This document shows, one piece after another, positions 45,901 through 57,600 of a stretch of 64,000 nt of DNA. Each line of letters opens with the position of its first letter. The first letter of the stretch is position 1. The position numbers and the translations under genes were made by a program. The notes below the pieces were generated by a model. The model saw nothing but the letters and a program-made list of their open reading frames with translations. It made no database searches and was not told the origin of the DNA. The stretch spans positions 372,001-436,000 of the forward strand of contig CATNEN010000012.1 of assembly GCA_950097015.1 (NCBI GenBank), read 5' to 3'. The DNA is from Macrostomum hystrix. Lineage: Eukaryota > Animalia > Platyhelminthes.

Positions 45901-48013
45901 GTTTACCACCAAGGCCACTGATTGGCTGTTGAAATTTAGTTTACCACCAAGGCCACTGATTGGCTGATGAAAATTAGTTTACCACCGAGGCCACTGATTG
46001 GCTGGTGAATTTTTTTACTATTGAGGCCTTTGGTTGGCTGTTTCACTTTTTGTTTTTACTTTCTGATAACTTTGCGTTGCCAGAATGAGAGGAACCTGCG
46101 CAAGACACTTGTGTCATCTGACAAAGTCACCGTCACTAGAAATTTTGAAGGTATGTGAGCTCTTTCATGTGAATTAAGATCATTTTCCATATTTATGCCA
46201 TCTCAAACACATCTCAAACCGCTCATCTTTTCTCAGACTTTTCTCTGGTAGACTCGGATCTGCTAGTGCCCGGAGACGTCCTTGAGATACCGCGCTCCGG
46301 CTGCGTGATGCACTGCGACGCTGTGCTACTGTCCGGCAATTGCATAATGAACGAGAGCATGCTCACGGGCGAGAGTGTGCCCGTGCTCAAGACGCCGCTA
46401 CCGAACCCGAGCAGCGATGGCAGTCAGCTGGGCAAGCGACGGGCAGCGGCCGAGCCCATGTTCAGCATCAAAGAGCACGCCAGGTGCGCGCCAGAATGGG
46501 GATCAGGAATGGGATCTGAATAAGGATCTGGAATAGGATCTGAATGAGGATCAGAAATGGGATCTGAATGGGGATCAGGAATGGGATCTGAATGGGATCT
46601 GAAAAGGGTTGAATGAGGATCAGGAATGAGATATGAATGAGGATCAGGAATGTGATCAGAATGAGGATCAGGTATGGGATCTGAATGGGATCTGAATGGG
46701 ATCTGAAAGGGGTTGAATGAGGATCAGGAAAGGGATTTGAATGGGGATCAGGAATGGGATCTGAATGGGGATCAGGAATGGGATCTGAATGAGCATCAGG
46801 AACGGGATCAGAATGATGATAAGGAATGGTTCTGAATGAGAATCAGGAATGGTTCTGAATCAGGATCTGGAATCTATTGCAGCTCTTTGCTCCTCTCTCG
46901 CAGGCACGTGTTGTACTGCGGCACCCAGGTGATCCAGACTCGCTACATCGACAGCGATCGAGTTCGCGCTGTTGTGGTCCGCAGCGGCTTCGCCACAGCG
47001 AAAGGCGAACTGGTCCGCGCTATTCTATTCCCTAAGCCGGCCCAGTTTCGCTTCGACAGGGACATTGCTCGCTACCTGCTGGTTCTGGGTCTCTTCGCCG
47101 CGGCTGGTTTCGCCTACACCGTGGCGATCCTGTCCCAGCGAGGCGAGGCGCTGAGCACCATTCTCATGCGCGCTTTGGACATGATCGTCATTGTCGTGCC
47201 ACCAGCCCTGCCATCAGCCATGACCGTGAGTCAAGGCCTTTGATTGGTTTGCAGAGTTTTGATTGGTTTGCAGGGTTTTGATTGGTTTGCAGGGTTTTGA
47301 TTGGTTTGCAGGGTTTTGATTGGTTTGCAGGGTTTTGATTGGTTTGCAGGGTTTTGATTGGTTTGCAGGGTTTTGATTGGTTTGCAGGGTTTTGATTGGT
47401 TTGCAGAGTTTTGATTGGTTTGCAGGGTTTTGATTGGTTTGCCGAGTTTTGATTGGTTTGAAAGGATTTAAATTGGGTAAGATATTACTGATCAGGTAAA
47501 ACGTATTTTCTTCGCTTTAGATGAGTTTTGATTGGTTAAGGACAGTTGGCTAGTAAAGATGGCCAAGTGTTTTGATTGGATGTTCAAACCCTAGCCTCTC
47601 TACCCTGCGTAGGTGGGCATCGTGTTCGCGCAGAGCCGGCTCCGCAAGTCGGGCATCTTCTGCATCTCGTCCAATCAGATCAACGTATCTGGCACCCTCG
47701 ACCTGGTCTGCTTCGACAAGACCGGCACGCTGACCGAGGACGGCCTTGACCTCTGGGGCGGCCTGCCCGCCGTGCTCGACGATGGAGCCAGATTCGCGCC
47801 GGTTGTTCGCTGCCCGCGCTCCGAGCTGCCCGCCGACTCCGGCCTCCTGGCCGCCATGGCCGCCTGCCACTCGCTGACCCGCATCGACGGCCGCCTCTCC
47901 GGCGATCCGCTGGACCTGAAGATGTTCGAAGCCACCGGCTGGGAGCTGGAGGAGCCGGAGCCGGTTGACTACCGCAAATTCGACCAGCTGGTGTCAGCCA
48001 TTGTCCGGCCCCC

Positions 48014-48050
<37 letters not shown>

Positions 48051-51000
48051 CAGGATGGCCAGTTGGGCATTGTGCGCCAGTTTGCCTTTAGCTCCAGTCT
48101 TCAGAGAATGTCTGTCATCGCCAGGCAGCTGGGAGCCGATCATTTCACAGTGTACACCAAGGGTGAGTGCTGGCTTTCTTAGAAATTCGATATCAAATGA
48201 TGAGAAATAGGATCAATAGAATGATAGGAAATGGGATCGATAGAATGATGGGAAATGGGATCAATTGAATGATGGGAAATGGGATCAATAAAATGATGGG
48301 AAATGGGATCAATAAAATGATAGGAAATGGGATCGATAGAATGATGGGAAATGGGATCAATTGAATGATGGGAAATGTGACTGGGTGGGGAATCGGATCA
48401 AAGACATCGACCGGGATCTGTGTGGCCATCCCACTGCAGGCTCCCCGGAAGTCGTGCGATCACTCTGCCGACCAGAGACCGTGCCAGCGGACTTCCACGA
48501 CAGCCTGGCGCAGTTCACCCGTCAGGGCTACCGAGTGATCGGGCTGGCCGGCCGGCCGCTGCGGGTCTCCTATCTGAAGGCGCAGAAGCTGAGTCGCGAC
48601 GCTGCGGAGCGCGACCTCGGCTTCCTGGGCCTGCTGGTGATGGAGAACCGGCTGAAACCGGAAACTGGCCCGGCCATCGGCAGCCTGCTGGCTGCCCGCA
48701 TCCGCCTGGTGATGGTCACCGGCGACAACCTGCTGACTGCGCTCAGTGTTGCCAGGTGCGAAAATACTGATTCCTTGCTTGCTTCTTAGCAAATCAGTTT
48801 ATCTAATTGACATGAAGCTAAATTGACACGATGGTAAATTGACACGATGGTAAATTGACACGATGGTAAATTGACACGATAGTAAATTGACACGATGGTA
48901 AATTGACCCGAAGGTAAATTGGCACGGAGTTAAATTGATATGAAGGTAAATTGACACGATGGTAAATTGACCCGAAGGTAAATTGACCCGAAGGTAAATT
49001 GGCACGGAGTTAAATTGATATGAAGGTAAATTGATATGAAGGTAAATTGATATGAAGGTAAATTGACCCGAAGCTAAATTGAGACGAAGCTAAATTGACC
49101 CGAAGGTAAATTGACACGAAGGTAAATTGACCCGAAGCTAAATTGAGACGAAGCTAAATTGAGACGAAGCTAAATTGACCCGATGGTAAATTGAAACCGG
49201 AATTGACCCGAAGCTAAATTGACCCGATGGTAAATTGACCCGAAGCTAAATTGAGACGAAGCTAAATTGACCCGAAGCTAAATTGACCCGAAGGTAAATT
49301 GGCACGGAGTTAAATTGATATGAAGGTAAATTGATATGAAGGTAAATTGATATGAAGGTAAACTGACACGAAGGTTAATTGGCACGGAGTTAAATTGATA
49401 TGAAGGTAAATTGATATGAAGGTAAATTGATATGAAGGTAAACTGACACGAAGGTTAATTGACCCGAAAGTAAATTATAAATTGAACAAATTGGTAATTT
49501 CGCAAGATTGGCTATTCCAATGCAGGAATACATTTGTGACAATATAGTACCGTTTGTACTACTTAACTACTCGCAAATGAGTAATATTAAAAAAACCTAT
49601 GTTTCACCAGAGACTGCGGCATGATAGCCGACCGGGACTCAGTCATTTTGGTCCAGGGCACGCCGGAGCAGCCGCCCTTCAAAGCCCAGGTCGACTTTCA
49701 CTACGCTGGTGACTTGAGAAAAAAGGTAGGTCCTCCACTCTACCGCCCTTCAATCCTCCTATCTACCAATCCTCCATCCTCTAATCCTCCACTCTACCGC
49801 CTCTTCCATCCTCCAATCTACCAATCCTCCATCCTCTAATCCTCCACTCTACCGCCCTTCAATCCTCCTATCAACCAATCTTCCATCCTCCAATCTACGT
49901 CTCTCCCATCCTCCACTCTACCGCCTCTTCCATCCTCCAATCTACCAATCCTCCATCCTCTAATCCTCCACTCTACCGCCCTTCAATCCTCCTATCAACC
50001 AATCTTCCATCCTCCAATCTACGTCTCTCCCATCCTCCACTCTACCGCCCTTCAATCCTCCTATCTACCAATCCTCCATCCTCTAATACTCCACTCTACC
50101 GCCCTTCAATCCTCCTATCAACCAATCTTCCATCCTCCTATCTACCACTCTCCCATCCTCCTATCTACCACTCTCCCATCCTTCTATCTACCACTCTCCC
50201 ATCCTTCTATCTACCACTCTCCCATCCTCCAATCTACCACTCTTCCATCCTCCAATCTACCACTCTTCCATCCTCCTATCTACCACCCTTCCATCCTCCT
50301 ATCTACCACTCTCCCATCCTCCTATCTACCACTCTCCCATCCTCCTATCTACCACTCTCCCATCCTTCTATCTACCACTCTCCCATCCTTCTATCTACCA
50401 CTCTCCCATCCTCCAATCTACCACTCTTCCATCCTCTAATCTACCACTCTTCCATCCTCCTATCTACCACCCTCCCATCCTCTAATCTACCACTCTTCCA
50501 TCCTCCAATCTACCACTCTCCCATCCTCCTATCTACCACTCTTCCCACCTCCAATTTCCCCCATTCTCAGGTGAGCACAATGTCAGTCCTTTCCGATCGC
50601 GACCTCGACGCCGATATCCGGTCAGGTCGCTACCACCTGGCCATGACTGGGCGGTCCTGGGACATTGTCCGGGCCGGATTTCCCCAGCTGCTGCCCCGGC
50701 TTCTGGTGAAGGGCACGGTGTTTGCCAGGTTCTCGCCGGATCAGAAGGCACAGCTGGTTGAGGCTCTGCAGAAGGTGCGGATTTAGCAATTCCTCAAGCT
50801 AACACTTAACGGTTTGCTGAACACCTCATTAACCTATCTGAACACCTCATTAGCCTACCTGAACACCTCATTAGCCTACCTGAACACCTCATTAACCTAC
50901 CTGAACACCTCATTAGCCTACCTGAACACCTCATTAGCCTACCTGAACACTTCATTAGCCTACCTGAACACCTCATTAACCTACCTGAACACCTCATTAG

Positions 51001-54000
51001 CCTACCTGAACACCTCATTAGCCTACCTGAACACCTCATTAACCTACCTGAACACCTCATTAGCCTACCTGAACACCTCATTAGCCTACCTGAACACCTC
51101 ATTAGCCTACCTGAACACCTCAATAGCCTACCTGAACACCTCATTAACCTACCTGAACACCTCATTAACCTACCTGAACACCTCATTAGCCTACCTGAAC
51201 ACCTCATTAACCTACCTGAACACCTCATTAGCCTACCTGAACACCTCATTAGCCTACCTGAACACCTCATTAACCTACCTGAACACCTCATTAGCCTACC
51301 TGAACACCTCATTAACCTATCTGAACACCTCATTAGCCTACCTGAACACCTCATTAGCCTACCTGAACACCTCATTAACCCACCTGAACACCTCATTAAC
51401 CTATCTGAACATCCAATTAACCCACCTGAACACCTCATTAACCTCCTGAACACTTTATTAACCCACCTGAACACCTCATTAACCTCCTGAACACTTTATT
51501 AACCCACCTGAACACCTCATTAACCTACCTGAACACCTCATTAACCTACCTGAACACTTCATTAACCTACCTGAACACCTCATTAACCTACCTGAACACT
51601 TCATTAACCTACCTGAACACCTCATTAACCTACCTGAACACCTCATTAATCCACCTGAACACCTCATTAACCCACCTGAACACCTCATTAACCTACCTGA
51701 ACACCTCATTAACCTAATTATATTGTCTTTTTTCCTTCTGGAAACAATATGGATTCGCCATAGAAGTTTATACGGAGCAATGTTAGCTGTCCTTGTCACC
51801 AGGGTCTCCAAAAAGAATTTCTGAAAATCTCGACGATGCTGATTTGGACGGCTTTGAAAGTCAGCTCATCGTTTAAAGGGGCATGAAAATCGGTCATTGG
51901 TTTGTGAGCTGTCAGGAAGTAGGCAGAGGGTAGTTCAAATATCCCCGTGGTCCTTCCCCAGGGGGGAAATAGCTGGTCTTTCTACTGATAAACGATGTCG
52001 ACTTCACACACTCACATTACTACTGTGAGTAAGCGATCTCTTGCTAAAATGCCAAAGCCTGAAATCGAAACCAGGTTGGCTACACCGTCGGCATGTGCGG
52101 CGACGGCGCCAACGACTGCGGCGCCCTGAAGGCCGCCGACTCCGGCATCGCCCTCAGCGAAGCCGAAGCCTCCGTGGCGTCGCCTTTCACCTCGCGCCGG
52201 CAGAACATCGCCTGCGTGCCGACCCTAATCAGGGAAGGCCGCTGCGCCCTGGTGACGTCATTCGGCATCTTCAAATTCATGGCCGCCTACTCGCTGGCCC
52301 AGTTCGCCTCCTGCCTGATCCTCAACTACGCGGGCAGCAACCTGACAGACTCCCAGTTCCTCTACATCGACCTGTTCCTCATCACCAGCCTCAGCGTAAC
52401 ATTCGGCCGCTCGGAGGCCTTCAAAAGATTATCGAAGCGATCGCCGTCAATCAATTTGATGTCGGCTGCGACCGTGGCGTCCATCGCCGTCCTGGCAGTC
52501 AACAATGTGGCCTTTCAAGCCATCGCCCTGATGTACACCAGGGTCCAGCCTTGGTTCTACGCCAAGTCTGACGGCTACCCTGGCTACGAGAACACGGCGG
52601 TGTTTCTGGTGTCCTCCAGCCAGTACATCAGCACCGCTGTGGTTCTGGCCAAGTCAGCGCCATACAGACAGCGCTTGATCAGAAATTGTGAGCTGCTCTT
52701 TTGAGACAAGATCCCAATGTTGACAAGATCCCAATGTTGACAAGATCCCAATGTTGACAAGATCCCAATGTTGACAAGATCCCAATGTTGACAAGATCCC
52801 AATGTTGACAAGATCCCAATGTTGACAAGATCCCAATGTTGACAAGATCCCAATGTTGACAAGATCCCAATGTTGACAAGATCCCAATGTTGACAAGATC
52901 CCAATGTTGACAAGATCCCAATGTTGACAAGATCCCAATGTTGACAAGATCCCAATGTTGACAAGATCCCAATGTTGACAAGAACCCAATGTTGACAAGA
53001 TCCCAATGTTGACAAGATCCCAATGTTGACAAGATCCCAACGTAGGAAATATCGAGAAGATTCTAATCCGAACTTATATCAATGTAAATTATACCTGAAA
53101 TTAACCCAAAACAGACCAGATCTCAAATTTTGAGGTGTTAAATTTATTATTTAACGCCGCCCTCTTAAACGCAGACCTGCTGTTGGCGAATGTTCTCATT
53201 ACTCTGGCGGTCAACACCTGTATCATGTTCACGGGCATTCCGTGGATTAACAAGCAACTGGAGGTGAGTAGGGAATAACGCAGACTAATTACCCACCTGG
53301 ATCAATCAGCTTGGCTAATTACCCACCTGGATCAATCAGCTTGGCTAATTACCCACCTGGATCAATCAGCTTGGCTAATTACCCACCTGGAACAATCAGC
53401 TTGGCTAATTACCCACTCCTCAGCTCTGGCAGACGCCGCGCGACAACCCCAGCCAGGCCTACCGCTTACTCCTAGCGGGCGCGGCCCTGATGAACTTTCT
53501 GCTGGCCTACCTGGCCGAACAGCTGATCGACAGTCAGCCGCTGCGTCGATCTTTAGATCGTCTCGGTCACCGAATTCGAGTCCTCGTCGGCCGCGGCGGC
53601 GGCGATGTGAAAGAGTTCGAGCGGGTGCGCGCACAGCTGGCCTCGGCGTCGAAAAATGTTGGAGCGAAGGGCGACTCGAACTCGGAGGCGTGGCCGCCGA
53701 TAACCCGCGTCAGCAGCTGCCAGGACACGGCACTGATGTGCGGCGACCTGCCAGTCGCCGCCTCCGGTGGCGTCATTGATGACGGCGTCGGCGAAGTCGA
53801 CGATCTGGGACGCCGTTCGCGCCGACGTCCACCCAGGCGCTCGCTGCGCCGGTCGTGCAGCGCAAGCGGGCAGCTGAGCTCGGATTTCGGTAACAACGAG
53901 GATCCAGAGGCTGAGGGGATAGAATACAATGACGAGGACGAAGGCATCGAAGGCGGCGAGACGGCGACAGAGGAAGCGGGCAATGTAGACATTGACGAGA

Positions 54001-54032
54001 ACTCACCGATGCTGCCTGAGCGAAGTGAATAA
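39997..54032 (+). CDS. ATP13A: P5B-type P-type ATPase (ATP13A2/3-like polyamine transporter family), ~1,324 aa
   Basis: 17 exons in phase: 39997-40125, 40288-40455, 41480-41538, 43689-43815, 44253-44335, 44413-44554, 45632-45766, 46084-46150, 46237-46483, 46904-47225, 47613-48162, 48440-48755, 49611-49725, 50571-50774, 52075-52687, 53175-53263, 53424-54032. Motifs: [19 protein letters not shown] (M4), [43 protein letters not shown]. Vertebrate paralog not assignable. Confidence 0.93.
40560..41405. repeat. 12-bp minisatellite grading into a 48-bp higher-order repeat
   Basis: GTGTGGGATTCA monomers, then GTGTGGGATGAAGTGTGGTACGGAGTGTTGGATTCGGAGTAAGATTCA, ~10 copies. Confidence 0.95.
42030..43655. 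repeat. 16/17-bp minisatellite, ~1.6 kb
   Basis: GACAACTACTCCC(C)ATA. Confidence 0.97.
44560..45525. repeat. 11-bp-based array with a 44-bp higher-order unit
   Basis: GGGTCAGGAGT-type monomers, then CATCAGGAGTGGGTCAGGAGTTCATTAGGAATTGGTCAAGATTT repeated at ~45000-45450. Confidence 0.92.
45781..46005. repeat. 38-bp intronic minisatellite, ~6 copies
   Basis: AAATTAGTTTACCACCAAGGCCACTGATTGGCTGATGA. Confidence 0.94.
46495..46872. repeat. ~12-bp degenerate intronic array
   Basis: GAATGGGATCTG / GAATGAGGATCAG. Confidence 0.9.
47242..47460. repeat. 19-bp intronic minisatellite, ~11 copies
   Basis: TTTTGATTGGTTTGCAGGG. Confidence 0.96.
48200..48378. repeat. 24-bp intronic minisatellite
   Basis: ATAGAATGATGGGAAATGGGATCA. 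Confidence 0.93.
48815..49475. repeat. 16-bp intronic minisatellite with variants
   Basis: GACACGATGGTAAATT / GACCCGAAGCTAAATT / GATATGAAGGTAAATT. Confidence 0.94.
49732..50550. repeat. ~23-bp pyrimidine-rich intronic array
   Basis: CCATCCTCCTATCTACCACTCTC; runs from just after the donor (49726) to the polypyrimidine tract of the 50570 acceptor. Confidence 0.94.
50812..51715. repeat. 21-bp intronic minisatellite, ~43 copies
   Basis: CTGAACACCTCATTAGCCTAC / ...TTAACCTAC. Confidence 0.97.
51880..51995 (+). mobile_element. Dispersed intronic repeat, family B (ATP13A intron 14)
   Basis: GAAAATCGGTCATT.GTTT..GAGCTGTC...GTAGGCAG.GGGTA...AAAT.TCCC.GTGGTC...GTCTTTCTACT matches 58305-58413. Confidence 0.7.
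52706..53040. repeat. 17-bp intronic minisatellite, ~20 copies
   Basis: GACAAGATCCCAATGTT. Confidence 0.97.
53284..53416. repeat. 30-bp intronic minisatellite, ~4.5 copies
   Basis: CTAATTACCCACCTGGATCAATCAGCTTGG; the last copy runs into the acceptor CTCCTCAG (53423). Confidence 0.95.
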
Positions 54033-54637
54033 GTTAGAGTCAGTGCACAACCAAAGCTTGAACTGAATATTATCTAACTCGCATTCTTATTGGCTCAGTC
54101 AAGCCAGCCAATGAGAGCCGAGTTGCGCCAACTCAGTCAAGCCAGCCAATCAGAGCTGAGTGCGCCGATAATTCGCAGTGATACTGCTTCCAGGCTATAT
54201 GTCACTGCGTAATGTTTTTAGTGTAGCGAAAAACTTTGCCTAAGCTTGACATTTGCTTTACCTTACTCTACTTATGCTTTATAATACTCGTAGTACTAAA
54301 AGATTATGAAACTAAACATAATAAAAAAGAGTTAGATCATTTTCAGTCATCCAAAGAACAATTAGCTGATTATTTGATTTTACTTTGAAAGTTTCAATTC
54401 GGTCTTATTAATTTTCTCAGTCCTTTCAACCGAAATCCCACCACCTTCACTCAAACCCTTCCACACTAAAAGCTTCTCACACAAACGACGAGTATGAAGC
54501 GGAGTTACGCACTATACTACTAATCAGAGAAGTAACTACTTTAGCTTCTACGGCAGTCCAGGGGAATGAAACGTATAAATATCAGTTGGAGTGAGAAGAA
54601 TGTGCTCCCTTCACTGTCCACTCAGCCAGTCTGCGCC

Positions 54638-57600
54638 ATGCCTCGGTGGCTGCCGTGGTGGCTCTTTCCCAGCCTGCTAGCGGTCTCCTCAGCGCAGGAG
54701 CCGAACTCCACAGCGCTGACAGCCGCCTTCTTGACAAGCGATGGCGGCTCGACCACCAATTTGAACCTGCGTCAGGGCGCCACTGTACAGTTCTTCTGCA
54801 ACATCTCCGCTAACAGCTGGGCATTCTCAGTTCAACTCTACTGCCCAGCAGCCTCAGCAGCACTTCCATGCTTTGAGAACTGTCAGCGAGTGTGCTCAGA
54901 TCCTGAGCTAGCCTGCCAGGAGAGACCAGGCCTGCTGCAGCTGTACTGCAGGCGGGCTGGCAACGGCCGCTTCCTGTACACCCTGACCGAAGCCGCCGAA
55001 GCAGTCTCCGGCTCCTGGAGCTGCCGATCTGGCGGCCTCGCCAGCCAACCGGCCGCCAGCCTCAGAGTCCTGCCCGACCCGGCCGTCCGACTGGCGAGAT
55101 TCGAGCCGCCGGTTGCCATGGAGACGGGCTCCGCCGTAGGCATCTGCGCCGCCTTCCCAGCCGGAAGCGGAAGCAACCTCAGCTTCGCCTGGCGGCGAGT
55201 CGACGGGCTTCCGCTGCCCTCTGGCGCCGTAGCTCTATCGGCAGCCAATGGCACCGAGTCTCACCTGTTGCTAAGCAACCTGAGCCGAGCTGACGCAGGC
55301 AGTTACATCTGCACGGTGGCCAACGCGGCGGGAGGAGTCGGCGTCGGCGTCGCCAATCTTGAAGTCGCCCATCCGCCAGCGGAAGTTCGCGTGCTGGTCA
55401 GCCTGCCGAACAGAACGGCGGTGGCTGGCGAAGTGGCTGCATTTGATTGTCAGGCAGCTGGCGGCTGGCCCGAGCCTCGGATGACCTTGATTATTAGACG
55501 GCTTGGACAGGTGCGATAATTGGATTAGTTCTAGTTGCGGTCTGGGACAAATTGCTATTTGTTTTAGATAGGGATCAGACTAAAGTTGGGATCTAATTTA
55601 GGTTGGGATCTGGTTTAGGTTGGGATCTGGTTTAGGTTGGGATCTGGTTTAGGCTGGGATCTGGTTTAGGTTGGGATCTGGTTTAGGTTGGGATCTGGTT
55701 TAGGCTGGGATCTGGTTTAGGTTGGGATCTGGTTTAGGTTGGGATCTGGTTTAGGTTGGGATCTGGTTTAGGCTGGGATCTGGTTTAGGTTGGGATCTGG
55801 TTTAGGTTGGGATCTGGTTTAGGTTGGGATCTGGTTTTGTTGAGATCTGGTTATCTTCATGTGACTGTATTATCTTCCCTCGCCAGGCAGTCAGCACGGA
55901 GCTGCAGCCGGGAAAGTCACTGACTATCTCGCCCGCCGACAATCTGGCCTCAGTCTGGTGCATCGCCGAGACGCCATCGCCGACGGGGCAGCCGCTGCCT
56001 GTCGTATCCAGTGTGGCGCAACAGCTTGACGTCCGATTTGCACCAGCAGGTGGGCTCCGCATCAGCCTCGGGTCGGAGGGGTCGGTGGCGACTTCGACGA
56101 TTGGATGGGCGGGTGCCGTTCAGCAAGTCGACTGCTCAGCTGTTGGAGCCAGCAGTCCGGACAGCGACATCGTCTGGCTTCTACCGTCTGGATCATCGGG
56201 ATCATCAGGATCATCGGGATCATCAGGATCATCGGGATCATCAGGATCATCGGGATCATCAGGATCATCGGGATCATCAGGATCATCGGGATCATCAGGA
56301 TCATCGGGACCATCAGGATCACCAGGATCGTCGGGATCAACAAGGACTTCAAAATTATCGATTTTGGCTCTGCCAGGCTGGGCCAACAGCTCGGCGGTGT
56401 CGGCGGGCCAGACCGTGGTAACAACGCCGTCATTCGTGGGGAGGTCGGCCTGGTCCCGACTGCAAATGAGCCTGAGACCGGAGATAAACGGTCAGATTGT
56501 GGCCTGCAGTTTGCGGTACCTCGGCGCGGAGACGGACAGGCGGACCTTCAGTGTAGATGTGGGACCCATTGAATTGTATTTGCATAGCGCATGTTTGCTG
56601 TCAGAGTGCACCATGGTCGGAACCGCCGCCACTTTCTCAGGTTCGATTCCCGCCACCAGACATCGAGCTGACTGGCCAGAGTGCCGAGGCCGCGTTAGTA
56701 CAGGAAGGCGGCTCCCTGGAGCTTCAATGCCGCACCGGCTCGGCCAATCCGGCAGCTGTCATCGACTGGCAACTTGACGCCGCCGCTGCTGCCAACCTCG
56801 CCGACCAGTTAGCGATGACAAACTGGACAGAGTTGGGCGACTTCGGTGGCTCCAGGGCGGCCAGCCGACTTCGCCTCGGCCGCGTCGACCGAACGCTCAA
56901 CGGCGCCAACGTCAGCTGCAGGGCGAACCACATGGGAACGACTCTGATGAACCTTAGCCAAACCCTGACAATCAACGTTCTTTATCCCCCGTCGGCAGTC
57001 GCCTACGTCGCAGAATGGTCTGCAGTCGGCATTGCAGGCGGCGGTGGAACCCATGGAAACAGCTGCTGTCCTCTCGGCAGCCGGATTCTCCTGGCCTGCC
57101 GACCAGTGGGAGGAAATCCACCAATCGCCGACGCTGCAGACGTCGCCGACTTCGCCTGGCAGTGGCAAGCGTCGGGATCAGCGCCGGCTAACTGGGCCCC
57201 GGCTGGCTCCGGCCGCACCCTGACGGTCGATTCGCTGAAGTCTTCGTCAGCTGGTCGATACCGCTGCCAGGTAGCTAGCAGCGGCGGAGAATTCGGCGAA
57301 GCCTCCGGGTCGTTGTTGCTGACCCCTCTGTCGCCGCCTCGTCTGCTGACGGCTTTAAGCCGGACGGCCGCCTGGGCGCAGTCGGGACAGCCGGCTGAGT
57401 TTGTCCTGTCGTTGAGCGCCAGCCCCGCGCCGAGCGAAGCCGCCTGGTATCGCGTCGACGGCATCGGCGGAGTCGCTAACAGAACGCCGGTCGACCTGAA
57501 GCGTCTACGTGTTTTTAACCATCCTCTGAACCTCACCTACTTGCTGTTGTTCGGCTCAGTTGACTCCGAGGACTTCGGCGACTACAGCGCATTTGTTGTC

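Noticed and set aside
48014-48045. CAG polyQ tracts in ATP13A and the Ig tail
   Set aside because: Short CAG runs are common throughout these exons and are ordinary here.
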